Part shown: positions 26,203 through 39,363 of the stretch, piece after piece | Numbering within the stretch: the stretch's first letter is position 1 | Layout: each line of letters opens with the position of its first letter | Assembly: GCF_006345805.1 (NCBI RefSeq) | Contig: NC_043003.1 | Coordinates: 24,180,001 to 24,244,000, forward strand | Length of the DNA: 64,000 nt | Direction: 5' to 3' | DNA from: Octopus sinensis | Lineage: Eukaryota | Notes under the pieces: generated by a model | What the model saw: the letters and a program-made list of their open reading frames with translations, nothing else | What the model was told of the DNA's origin: nothing | The model's database searches: none | Translations under genes and position numbers: made by a program

Positions 26203-26550
26203 TTAATACAAGATAAGATTCAATACACACGCGCATTTCAAAAGGACAATACAAATATGTAAGAAAAAATTATAACCATAGTAATTATAATTAAATTTAT
26301 GCATTGTCATTTTCATCAGTGTGAGGAATTTTTGTAAAGACCTCAAAAATTTACAATGTTAAAGTAAAAATGTACATACGTGCAGAGAGAAAACCAAAGA
26401 GAACTTAACATTTGACGTAAATATTTGACGTCTGTACAAAAATTCTCAACACTGATAATAATGGCAATGCATAAATATAATTATAATTTTCTTACATATT
26501 TGTATTGTACTTTGAAACGCGCTTATGCAATGAATCCTATTTTGTATTAA
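26203..26550. repeat. Inverted repeat pair (~130-bp arms, ~100-bp spacer), each arm resembling a decayed hammerhead
   Basis: Left arm (minus) reads CTGATGA-AAATGACAAT...ATTGTCCTTTT-GAAA-TGCGCGTG. Right arm (plus) reads CTGATAA...GAAA-CGCGCTTA. Confidence 0.5.
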
Positions 26551-26767
26551 ATCTAATTTTGATTCAACATCTTTTTCTCCATTTTTCTATAATTGTTTAT
26601 GGTATATTTATACCTATAGCGATATTTTCAACTACTATTTTCGTATTCCTATTACTTGCTCTGGCTTTTTTATTATGAATACGATGAATCTTTATTACAA
26701 ATCATTCTTTCTCTCTTTTTGCACCTCTCAAAAAGTTTGAATTATCCTCTTTTGAACTTATTTTTCC

Positions 26768-26851
<84 letters not shown>

Positions 26852-26973
26852 ATTTAACAATTAAGGTTAACTTCTTAATAAGGATCTTAACAAGAAATTA
26901 TCAGGTAGATAGCGTGAAAAACCTCATAAGAGAAGAATTTCGAAAATAATTCTTTCTTATTGAACATATTAAT

Positions 26974-27215
26974 TTATATATAGAGGACATTATTACACAT
27001 ACATGCCTCACGCTAAGAGGGACATCAGTCATTTATAAAAAAATTTACTATTCATACCAATGCAATTTTTCAAAGCAAGACATTTAAAAATGAATTTTTA
27101 AAATTCATTTTTAATGTCTTGCTTTGAAAAATTGTATTGGGTATGATTAGTAAAATTTTTGGTAGAAATGACTGATGCCCTCTTAGCGTGAGCATGTATG
27201 TGTAATAATGCCCTC

Positions 27216-27224
<9 letters not shown>
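26974..27224. repeat. Spacer-less ~250-bp palindrome
   Basis: Centre at ~27099 (TGAATTTTTAAAATTCA). The arms differ mostly by small indels and end in TA repeats. Confidence 0.8.
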
Positions 27225-27255
<31 letters not shown>

Positions 27256-28682
27256 TATCTGTATGTTTATAATGTAGTTCTTATGTTAAAAATTTGACTA
27301 GTTTTAATTGTCTTCTTTCTTTCCGCCCAAAATAGTTATTGTTTATTGATTGAAGGCTCGGAGAAGAGTAACATGAAATTTGTTTAATCTGTACCTTTGC
27401 ATGCAATATAACATAGATTCCCAACACACACATAAACATACGTACACATTGTCAAGCACGCACATACCCACGCGCCGAAAGCAAGGGAATGCAACATGGA
27501 CGTTACCTTTTAGAAACAGATTTAGTAGCATACCATTAAGGATTTCATAGTCAGCGTGTATGATACGCTTCTCCAATCTTCAGTACAGCATAATCATAAC
27601 ATATAAATATGAACATTCATACATACCAAGCGAACAGCAAGCATATCCAACATAGCATATACAAATGTTCACACATATAGCCATGCAAAAGGCAGAGTTC
27701 TCCACTTACATCTCGGTTACACGTGTATAGTCGAAATAATTCAGGAGTGAATATATTCCGGTTTAACTTGTAAATAAAATATAAGGAAATAATATATATA
27801 AGAATATATCAAGTAGCTTTAGAGTCCTATTACAGTGTGAGGCGTTTACTTATAGTAATAGCCCTTAATATAATTAAAATATATATATATATTTTAATTA
27901 TATTAAGTGCTATAAGATGTAGGAAAACCATAGTTTAACAATGAAAAGGGTAGCAATTTTACGTATTTTACATAACATTTAGCCTGCTAAAGCAATCGGG
28001 TGTTGTTAGTTTTGTTTTGTGACAACTGCTATAGAACCAGAGGTAGAAAGTTTACGTTACTGATGCTAGTATAAAGTGTATTAGCAACGCGAAAAATATT
28101 TCTTTTTCTTAAATCTGTAAAATTGTTCCTAATAAAAGCGAATAAGATGCTAGTAGTATGCTCCTTACCGTTATTAAATTATTGATTGCTTTAAAAGAAT
28201 TTCTAAATGGCTGAGATTTTAGAATTAGATTTTTCTTTGCCAGCAGATGACAATGCTGATAAACTAAACGGAATTTTCTTTAAATTTATTGCCATTTACA
28301 ATTACTAAATAATAGCCTCGTCGGCATCCCATCGGATAATCGTGAGTTTGGTGCGTCTTTGATGACGTGAATGAAAAGGGAGTATTTGTAAGTCACTAAA
28401 GAACAAATATGGTACGCATTGGTTCGGATATGTCAGATGCCTCAGATTGTTTTGAGTTTTTTCACGTCCTTTTCCTCATCATCATTTTCTCGATATACAC
28501 GAGCAACTAATTAACAGAAGTAAATACATTCTTAAGCATCAAAACATACATAGTTGCTAATATATAAAATACCTAATATATATATGATATATATATGCAT
28601 TTGTATATACATTTATATATATATACATATATACATGTGTATATATTTATACACATATATATGTATGTTTACATATATATAG

Positions 28683-28716
<34 letters not shown>

Positions 28717-29156
28717 AACATATACATGCATACATAGACACATACGCGCACACGAACACACACACATCTATATACATTATATATGTGTGAAGCACTATGA
28801 ACAAAAGCAGCCTATTTTCCGGTGTGTCTCTCCATTTGGTAATCTAATCCTGAGAGAGAGAGATATTTCCCTTAGAGGCCCAGACAATTTTAAGTTGCAT
28901 GGAGACGAAATTTGTCAGGTACAGTTGGCAATTGCAAATTTTTTATTCACACCTACTCACGACTAAATATATACACTCGTCACGGGTACACAGTTTTCTT
29001 CTTTCAAGAAGCAAGCATACAGGACACTTATATTTGTATATAAATAAATAGATAAAAACATGCATATATATATATATATATGTATATATATTATGTATGT
29101 GTGTGTATGTACACATTTATAAACACAAACACCCCCCCCACAACACACACAACCCC

Positions 29157-29189
<33 letters not shown>

Positions 29190-29191
<2 letters not shown>

Positions 29192-29419
29192 TTCAGTAAA
29201 ATTTAGATTCAGTTGAATATGGTATTTAAGTTAAAGGCACCAGAATTTGGTATGGTATCATCCATATAATTCTAAATGGGGTGATTATAATCAAAATAAG
29301 CAAGAAGGATATCCAAAGGTAATGCAGTACGATCGTTTCATGCGAGTTTATTTAATTAAATAAAGTCGCATGAAACGATCGTACTGCATTACCTTTGGAT
29401 ATCCTTCTTGCTTATTTTG

Positions 29420-29425
<6 letters not shown>
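29190..29425 (-). mobile_element. Penelope-type pLTR 3' segment with a 140-bp palindrome centred on hammerhead stem II
   Basis: Palindrome spans 29286-29425 with its centre at 29355/6. Each half reads hairpin-GAAA-CGATCG-TA-CTGCA. There is (TA)n on both sides and a second family member at 13546-13676. Confidence 0.6.
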
Positions 29426-29468
<43 letters not shown>

Positions 29469-29934
29469 GTACTTTAGTCAAATGAACGCAACATTTTCAA
29501 ATTAACATGGAATCGTTTAACGACACTGCAACCTTCATTTGACTACGTTATCTTTGGCCTGACGAGTAGCTAGCGGATTCTATTTTATATCTGTTATGCA
29601 ATTCGTGAGGCTAATTTTAAAAATTATTCTGTCTCTTATCATTTCGTTAATTCTACCAATGTCCGGTTTAGCAGATAAAATGACTCTTATAATTTGATGA
29701 ATATCAAAGTTCAATTTTATGGTCTTTCAGGTTAAATTAAGATGTCATTGGGCGGAGAGATCAGCTGCTGTCCGTTAACACTAATCAGGTGTTTATATCT
29801 AGTCGTTCATTTTTATCAGTGTGTATCATTTGCTTTTTAGATAATTTATAAGTCTCTTTGTGATGGAATTATAATGATTTGTATACACACACGCTCGCGC
29901 GCGCATGCACGTTTTGTTGCGTTCTCATACACAC

Positions 29935-30068
29935 ACGGCTGTGTCGTGAGAAGTTTGCTTCTGAACCACATAGTTCTGGGTTCAGTCCTACTACATGGCA
30001 CCTTGGGCAGGTGTCCAGCAAATCATATTGAGTAGATTTAGTAGGCGGAAGCTGAGAGAAGTCAGTCG

Positions 30069-30100
<32 letters not shown>

Positions 30101-30206
30101 TGTATGTATGCATGTTTGTATGTATGTATGTATCTATCTATCTATCTATCTATCTACCTATCTATCTATCTATCTATTTATGTGTCTATCTATCTACCTA
30201 TCTATG

Positions 30207-30277
<71 letters not shown>

Positions 30278-30278
30278 G

Positions 30279-30315
<37 letters not shown>

Positions 30316-30522
30316 CTTTTACTCTTTTACTTGTTTCAGTCATTTGACTGCGGCCATGATGGAGGGCCGCTTTTAGTCGAGCAAATCGATCCCAGGATTT
30401 ATTCTTTGTAAGCCTAGTACTTATTTTATCGGTCTCTTTTGCCGAACCGCTAAGTTACGGAAACGTAAACACACCAGCATCGGTTGTTAAGCGATGTTGG
30501 GGGGATAAACACAGACACACAA

Positions 30523-30553
<31 letters not shown>

Positions 30554-30580
30554 CACACATATATATATACATGTATATAC

Positions 30581-30613
<33 letters not shown>

Positions 30614-30830
30614 ATATATATATATGCATATATATATATATATATTCATATACATATACATATAAATATATAGACGGCCTTCTTTCAGGTTCTGTACACC
30701 AAATCCACTCACAAGGCTTTGTTCGGTGCGAGGCTATAGTAGAAGACACTTGCCCAAAGTGCCACGTAGTGGGACTGAACCCGGAACCATGGGGTTGGTA
30801 AGCAAGCTACTTACCATACAGCCACTCATA
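29935..30830. mobile_element. Family C SINEs: 5' fragment 29935-30060 (+) and full copy 30316-30830 (-), separated by (TATG)/(TATC)n
   Basis: Family C motifs on both strands. Confidence 0.8.
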
Positions 30831-31457
30831 TATATATATATATATGCGTGTGTGTGTATATATATATATATATATAAGCATATATACATACATATATGTA
30901 CATACTTACATATTTATGTATATACTTATACATATATAGGTAAATAACCTCATAAAACGTAAACAACACGAAACTTTTTTTGCGAACAACGAAAGAAACA
31001 AATGGAAAACAAGGAAGGTAACATAAAGAATGACCCTTCATCTGTTGTCGGCTGTTTATGTACTCTACATTTCGAGCAATTACAACAAAAATTACAACAG
31101 TTGCAAAGTAAAATAAAATGTAGGATTTACGGAGGGTCAAAGCTGGTAACAAAAACAGGACAATTAAAACAAACGGTAAGCCATAACGCAGTGAGGTGGC
31201 GAACGGTGTATGTATATGTGTGTATGTGTGCGTGTGTGCCTTTGTCTTTGTGTTTGTGATTGTCCCTCCATCTCTTCTTGACAACCGGTGTGGAAATGTT
31301 TGCGTTCTCATAACCTAACATCTCAACCATGAAGGCCGATAAAAAAAGCAGTAGGTTTAAAAAATAAGTCGTGGTGTCGATCTGCTTTTTTAAAACACTC
31401 CGAGGCGGTGTTCCAGCATGGCTGCAGTCATCTTACTGAAAGAGGTAAAGTATGAAA

Positions 31458-31492
<35 letters not shown>

Positions 31493-31493
<1 letters not shown>

Positions 31494-31889
31494 TAGCCTT
31501 ATCGCCCGGCGTTGCTCGGGTTTGTAAAGGAAATAACTATATAAGCATTTTTAGAGAGTTATAGCCAAAAAATAGCAAAAAAATGCATTAAAAATGGAAA
31601 AAAAATTATGGTGATTTTTTTTAAATCCCTTACTCATCGAAGACATTTTTAGAGAGTTACTTCCCTTATATAATAGCGGAAAAAATGCATTAAAATGGAA
31701 AAAAAATGATGGTAATTTTTTTTTAAATCGTAGACTCATCGTAGACGCGCGCTAATACCCAGAAGCGCTCGATATGAATCACTACTATAAGAAACCCGGT
31801 TTTGGTTAAACTGCACCGCAAAATGTGGGAGTAGTTAGGAATCTAAATCGTAGGAGACAGACACACAACTTAACTTTTATATATAAAGA
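31493..31889 (-). mobile_element. Non-autonomous Helitron with an internal ~100-bp tandem duplication
   Basis: Same terminal hairpin CCCGAGCAACGCCGGGCGAT..CTAG on minus, and 5' end ATCTTTATATATAAAAG. Confidence 0.75.
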
Positions 31890-32395
31890 TATACATGTAC
31901 CGGACAGTCCGACGGCAGCTAACAGGTCGAAACTTTCAAGTAACATTCTTCTTATCTAAGAGTATAATGTATACGTACTCGGCAGAATAATATTGAGAAA
32001 TTGTTCAGTATAATTTTAAATTGTTTTAATTACACTGGACATGATGATATACACTAACATGTGGGTGGGTGTGTGTGTATGAGTGCGTGTTTGTGTGTGT
32101 CTTGTGTGCACGCTTGTGTATGTGAGTTTTTGTGTATGTATTTGCGCCACATTTTCGTATAAATTAATTCCACTCATGCGATTTGTAACCCACATTGGAC
32201 TCTGGTAACTGTAGAGCAGAACATTTGCCAAATGTGTCTCGAAGTTGATCGAGCAGAGAAATAACTGTCTGCAAAGCAAGTTTCCAAACTACACAACCAT
32301 TGCCTGATCGATAAACTTAATGAAAACTGACGCTGATATACATGAATAAAGAATAATTATGTGTGTGTACGTGCTTATCTATGTGTGGATACACT

Positions 32396-32440
<45 letters not shown>

Positions 32441-32933
32441 GCATGCATACATACAAATATGTATACATATGTTTGTGTGTATGTATGTGTATACACACAC
32501 ATTATGTACATCATTTATTGATAATTTAAATGTATTTATATTTACTAAAGACACTAACATCTTCTTCAACAGTTGTTATTGTAACGTTGGAATATTCTTC
32601 AGAATATTCGCGATCCATTACAGTATTAATCAAACAGAAAACAGACCAATGTTTTCAGACTTGGACTTTTTAGAGGCCAAATAAAGAAGAGTATTTATCA
32701 GAATTATGAAGTTCATACCTCCTACCGTGGTGGTCTCATTTTACACCCCATAATGGAAGCTTATATTTAATTATCTTCCATACCAAGCAACACCATAAGT
32801 TTTTCGTTTTCCTTGTTTTCTATGTCAACTGATGTAACTCAAATTCTAGTGTACTATCTGTATTTTGATTAACCTCAATTTTGGCATCGATTGGGATTCG
32901 TCGATGAGTTTTGGCATACCGACTTATAAGTGC

Positions 32934-33144
32934 TGGGTTCTCGGTTTCTATGGCGAATAAATTCCCCACCTGGACGGGACGCCGGTCCATCACAGGATTA
33001 CTCATTTTTGCCAGCTGAGTGGACTACAGCAACAAGAAATGAAGTGCTTTGCTTAAGAACACAAGGCATCACCCGATCTGGAAACCGAAACCACAATCTT
33101 ACGATCATTAGTTCAATATCACAACCACTAAACCACTCGCCTCC
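32934..33144 (-). mobile_element. SINE, head B + tail Y
   Basis: Homologous to 12950-13132. Confidence 0.75.
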
Positions 33145-33989
33145 ACTGATGAAACTACCACTTGCCTCATTAATAAATTTCCTGTTTTTACATAGAAAGG
33201 GACAAATGGCTTTGAATTTAATCACAAGGCCAGTATTTTTGAAGGGGGAGGGCATCAGTGGCTAATATCGATTCCAATACTTGACTGGAACTTAATCTAT
33301 TGACTCTGGAAGGATGGAAACCAAAGTTAACTGCGGTGAGAGTTGAACTCTAAACTTAAAGAACCGGGATATTTGTCGGCGTTCAAAAGATTAGGCCAAT
33401 CAACCGCAGACGGGATAAGTACTGGGAAAGAATATTGTCGTTTACATTCACCCTTGTACTTGATTAGTACTTTGTTCTTTTTTTTTTTCTTTTTTGAAAC
33501 CTTTGAATGACAAAATGCTAATGCAGACCTGGAATTGAGTAAATATCTCAAGGAATGTTTTCACTAACGCCTAACCATTGTGCCAATCTCATTGCTATTT
33601 CGTCAATCACCCTGCCTGTAGCGTCGAAGGAAATTATAATACAGTTACATGTTTAGATCATTCTGTGAAAAGTGGTAGATTTATTGCTATGGACCGAGAA
33701 GTATAACTGGTACAAATAGCAGCCAGTTATCCTCAAACTACATTCTGTATTCTTGGATGATGATGCTTGGATAATGTGGCCCTCTGTTCTCCGCACATTA
33801 GGAAAAGACGGAATGGTCACGACATAGGTTTGTTCTATTACAGAGCAAGATAATCGCAGCTAAAACATCATCAATATCCTCATCTCCATCATGGCTATCA
33901 CCACCATCACATTTATTAAGTTTAAAATCAACAGCAGCAGCAGCTTCTGATACTGCGGCATGTTCGCGTTTCCATCAGCGTCTTTGTCA

Positions 33990-34136
33990 TTTCTCTAATA
34001 ACCATTGTTACCATATCCCCACTGCGAGCACTATATACCTCCTCCCCCTCCGCCTCCTCCTCGTCGTCATCATCATCAGCAGCAGCAGCAGCATCGTCAG
34101 TTTGATCACCATCATCATCATCATCATCATCCTCAT

Positions 34137-34192
<56 letters not shown>

Positions 34193-34202
34193 TATCATCA
34201 CC

Positions 34203-34233
<31 letters not shown>

Positions 34234-34982
34234 CAACGGTCGTTATGGGTACCATCATTATAAATATCAATATCATCATCATCATGACCACCATCTTCAT
34301 CCTCTTTCACGTCTTCTGCATCAGTTCCATTCCGTACACGAACATTTTTCTTCACCACCATCTCCATCATCGTCACTATCATCATATCCTGTAATTAATA
34401 ATTTTAAAACTTCCGAACAGATGGAAATCAAAAACGCTTTGGTCGGGATTCGAACCTGGAACGAACAGCAATATAAGTAGATATGCCGAAGAATGTTCTC
34501 CGCCCATCCCTCTCAATCTTTGTGCCATTCCATCATCAATACACTCTTTAAAGTACCGACATCTAAAATAACGGTAAAACTGGAAACAACAGGCGAATCT
34601 CTAGAGTAAACACTTAAGATTCTTCAACAAAACTTCCAACATTAATCACGGAGGTAACGAACGCCACAACAGGAATAGTAACAAGAACGGCGTTGGGGAG
34701 GGAAGATGGGGAGGAGAAGGAGGAGGAGGGAGGGGAGGAGGAGGAGAAGAAGATGGTGAACGACGACGACAACGATAACGACGATGATGATGATGATGAT
34801 GAAGACGGTGATCTTGGTGGTCGTTGTGATGGATAGGGTGGTGGTGGTGGTGGTGATGGCGTTGTTGGTGGTGGTGGTCGTCGTCGTAGTCGTGGTGACG
34901 ATGATACTGTTGATGCTGATGGTTATGATGATGTTGATGATGGCGATGATGACGACGAAATGATAATAATAATAATAATAAC

Positions 34983-35072
<90 letters not shown>

Positions 35073-35462
35073 AAGAAGAAGAAGAAGAAAAAGAAGAAGA
35101 AGAAGTGGGGAGAGAGGAGCAGGAAGAACAGGAGGAACAGGAGGAACAGGAGGAAGTGTTGTAATAGCAGACTAGAACTTTTCAATAACAATGCAAATAA
35201 CAACGGCAACAATATCAAAAACTACAAAGACAGAAACTTCTGCCACAACAACAACAACAACAACAACAACAGCGACAACAACAGCAACTATAGCGTCAAC
35301 AAACATTATTTCATTGATATTATAAGTGAATCAATCAGTCTTCATTGGCATCTTATAAAGAAATAAGTAATTTATTTCCTACCCTGATAGAGATTGCAGA
35401 CAACATTCATCATCATGGTAATCATTATCATCATCATCATCGCATTAAAAACTGCCAACATG

Positions 35463-35503
<41 letters not shown>

Positions 35504-35580
35504 TAATAATAATAATAATTGTAATAATAGTAATAATAATAATAATAATGATAATAGTAATGGGAAGGGACGATTTGATT
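33990..35580. repeat. Compound trinucleotide microsatellite field: (ATC)n, (ACC)n, (GAG)n, (AAT)n, (GAA)n, (AAC)n
   Basis: Direct reading of the sequence. Confidence 0.95.
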
Positions 35581-35628
35581 GAATTGGTCCCTGTGTTAAT
35601 AATAATTATCATTATTATTATTATTATC

Positions 35629-35818
35629 TTACTTGCTCCAGTCATTTGACTGCGGCCATGCTGGAGCACCGCTTTCAATGGCTCGACCCGAAGATTTATC
35701 CTTTGTAAGCGTATTACTTATGCTATCGGTCTCTTTCGCCAAACTGCTATAAGTTACGAGGACATAAACATACCAACATCGGTTGTGAAACAATGGTGGG
35801 GGACAAACAGAGACACAA

Positions 35819-35877
<59 letters not shown>

Positions 35878-36025
35878 ACGGGCATCTTTCAGTTTTCCTC
35901 TACCAAATCGACTCACAAAGTTTTGGTCGGATCGAGGTGATAGTAGAAGACACTTGCCCAAGGTGCCATGCTGTAGCACTGGACCCGGATCCATGAGATT
36001 TGGAAGCAAGCTTCTTAATGCACAG
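35629..36025 (-). mobile_element. Family C SINE
   Basis: Family C motifs with an internal (CA)n(TA)n. Confidence 0.8.
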
Positions 36026-36487
36026 CTGCTATAGTAATAATAATAATGTTTTCTATGAAAGGCACAAGGCCTGAAATTTGGGGGAGGGTGATAGTCGAGT
36101 ACATCGAACCCAGTGTTTCACTGGTACTAAATATATCGACCCCGAGAGGATGAAAGGCAAAGTCGATCCCGGCGGAATTTAAACTCCGAATGCAATGATG
36201 CCAACCGCTCTGCCAACTAACCGATAATACATTAATGTTATCATCTTCAACATCATAAGACGCCGTCTCCAAAATCATCACCATCATCTTTCACTTCTCT
36301 TACGCCCTCAAAACCATTCACCACCTCATCATCATCATCATCACCATCCGGAACACCTGTATCGTCGTCGGAGACGGTGGCGTTATCAACAGCGTCGGTG
36401 CGGTGTTGTAGTCGTCCAGTTTTTCATCGTTTTATTATCGCAGTCTTGGTTAATCCTCAACGTTACCTTCGCCGTCGTCGTCATCGC

Positions 36488-36523
<36 letters not shown>

Positions 36524-37479
36524 TTTATCATCATCTTCACCGTAATCGACGCCATCGTCATCTTCACCGTAATCGACGCCATCGTCATCATCACCGTCAT
36601 CGTCGCCATCATCGTGAACATCGCCACCAACAATAAATCAAAATCTGACAGCCTGTTATTGTTGTTGTCGTTGTTGTGATTCTTAAAATATTTGCTCCTG
36701 TCTACAAAACCAAAAGATAACCACCTAAATTCAACACCCGCCTCCTCCATACTTTCCCCCCCCCTCCACTTCAAGACTATTTCGGCCCCTCCCCACCCCA
36801 ACAACCGGTGTAACCGGACACAAATCATCCGTGTAAACATTTCCTATTTTCTCTCATTTGTATATATTGCTTTTTGTTGCTTTCGTCGATCTAGATCATA
36901 GTGGCGGTGCTGGGGGCTCTTATGGTAGTGGAGGAGATGATATTTTTTGTTGTTCTTATTTGTTTTCTTCAGTTGTTTCTTTGCTTTTTTTATGTCTTAC
37001 TTTGCATCTTTTTTTTTAATTTGACTCTGTACATCGTTGATTATTTTTTTATTATTTACGAATTTTGCAGTTTTTCTTTTTCTTTTTGCTGTGTATTTTT
37101 TGGGGGACCTGTTTTAAATCTCTTTTTGTCCTCCTCAATTTACCTATATAAATTCTATAACCATTGCTATAACACTACTGCCATCAATACCACCACCACC
37201 ACCACCACTATCATCATTACTACATCCACTGGGTACTGCTACGCTTAAAATTGACTTCGTCATCGTCACCACCATCATTATAATCGTTATTGACTTCGTC
37301 CTCGTCACCAGCGGACAAAATGCCTTCCAGCATTTCTTCTTAACCATTACGATCTAAGTTCATGTCCCGCTGAGGTTGGCTTTGTCCTTTGGAGCTGGAC
37401 AAAACAAAATATCAACAGAGTGTAGGTCGATGTACTCTATTATCTACCTCTCACTAAAATTGCTGGCCTTGTGACAAAA

Positions 37480-37695
37480 TTTGAAACTATTACTGTTATC
37501 CCACAAAACATATTTGCGATGAACTAATATTGAAATTACAGTTCTATATTTAAGAGATGAGGAATAATGTACATTATTTACATTATTTACGTTTGACGTA
37601 TATTTGTCCTCGTCTTGTTTGTTGTTAACATAACGTTTCGGCTGATATACTCTCCAGCCTTCATCAGGTGTCTTTGGGGAATTTTCGAACCTGGG
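37480..37695 (-). mobile_element. Penelope-type pLTR fragment with minimal hammerhead
   Basis: Minus strand reads GACAC-CTGATGA-A-GGCTG-GAGAGTATAT-CAGCC-GAAACGTT-ATGTT at 37628-37672. It is homologous to 38560-38690. Confidence 0.65.
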
Positions 37696-37792
37696 CATAT
37701 GGCGTAATGGTTAAGAGTGCGGGCTACTAACCCCAAGATTCCGAGTTCGATTCCAGGCAGTGACCTGAATAATAATAATAATAATGATAATC

Positions 37793-37829
<37 letters not shown>

Positions 37830-38359
37830 GATTGGAAGTGTTATCATGTACATTGTTTTGTCTTGGTATAAAAGATGGGCTACAGCAAATATTCTGCTCA
37901 ATACCACAGATTTGCTTGTCAGTTGTTTGACCTTAACCAGTGAGCATGCCCCTTAGTGGCTGACGATATGTGCATCTCTGATCACGAGCAGAAGTAGGGG
38001 GGAGCATCATAGCCATGTGTTGAGAAGGATTCTTTGGGCTTTGAATAATTCACCTCTGGAAACATAGGTGTTTCGTTCACGTCCTTAAACAACCCTTATT
38101 CAGGGACCTTTTGAGCGGGGATGGTTACTCGATCTGAAGAAAATTCTAACTGGGCTCCACCTGCAAGGTCATGTGCTGTTTATCTTGATATGAGATCACC
38201 ATGTCGCGCACATATGGTTGTGATGCATGTGCCTGGTGTGCCCTTATCGGACGGGTAGTCATGATGGGTATACTGGGCTTCGTATTTTACCCCAGTGTCA
38301 CTTTGATGGCATGCTCTGCTCGCTCACTCAATAATAATAATAATGATAATAATAATAAT
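37693..38359 (+). mobile_element. Long composite tRNA-headed SINE-like element with internal and terminal (AAT)n
   Basis: A box TGGCGTAATGG and B box GAGTTCGATTCC, followed by (AAT)n, a ~500-bp body and an (AAT)n tail. Confidence 0.6.
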
Positions 38360-38364
38360 GCATG

Positions 38365-38463
38365 CAATGAGCTTCCCTGCCCTAGGTGTACGGAAAACAC
38401 GGCGAGAAATGGAAGAAAATTTGAAGAAGGAAGGGAAATATAACAATAATGATAATGATGAGG

Positions 38464-38533
<70 letters not shown>

Positions 38534-38700
38534 TCGAAAAATACCTTAGGAATGGGAACCCAGGTTCCGAACTTCTCCAAGACACCTGATGAAGGTTGGA
38601 GGGTATATCAGCCGAAACGTTGTGTTACCAACAAGCAAGATGAGGGCAAATATCCGTCAAATGTAAATAATGTAAAGAATGTAAATAATGTAATCTGTTT
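38365..38700 (+). mobile_element. Penelope-type pLTR fragment with minimal hammerhead and internal (AAT)n
   Basis: GACAC-CTGATGA-A-GGTTG-GAGGGTATAT-CAGCC-GAAACGTT-GTGTT at ~38584-38627. Stem III is only the palindrome ACGT. Confidence 0.65.
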
Positions 38701-39363
38701 TTTATCTAACTTCCATGACGGAGTTCTGCTAACAGAGACATTCATAATTGTGGTTATACAATACGCCGAGATTCGTAGAGAAGGCATTTTTTGAAATGTG
38801 AATAACGAAACATTCAATTTGGAAAGATATCCTGCAACCATTTTATTCATATGTATTCAGTTGGTTTAGTAAACCCAGCATAAATATTTCTAAGTTAGAT
38901 TTTTTTTTCCTTTAAGTTTCATCTAGATAAATGAATTATTGTAAAAGCTACAGAAATATAATCCACTTGAAATTTCTAGCCTCGAGTTTGATATTTTAAT
39001 ACGTTTCCCTATTTCCGAGTTTAATAAGAAATGAAAGAAGATATATATTTTGCGATTTACAATGTTTTTATACTGTATATTATGTTTAACATCTGGGGCG
39101 TTTTTTCTAGGAAGAGGAATACTTTTTTAGATAATAGATCTCAAAATCGGTAAACTGCTATAGGCACAGATGTTTCATGCTTTTATATTTTCGGCTTCTT
39201 GGGTTTTAGTCAAAGGAAAAAAGAATTGTTTTGCATGGATGTCGATGCTCTGATGCAAGAAATATACAATGTTTATAATTGCATAAGTGGAAGGTGTTTT
39301 TATACTTGTTGATTGATAAGTTGTGATAAAGCCTCGTCACAAACATTTCAGTTGTGATACTTA

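Noticed and set aside
31895-31955. GAAA-CTTTCAAG-TA-ACATT half-hammerhead
   Set aside because: There is no CUGANGA or stem II upstream, so it may be chance.
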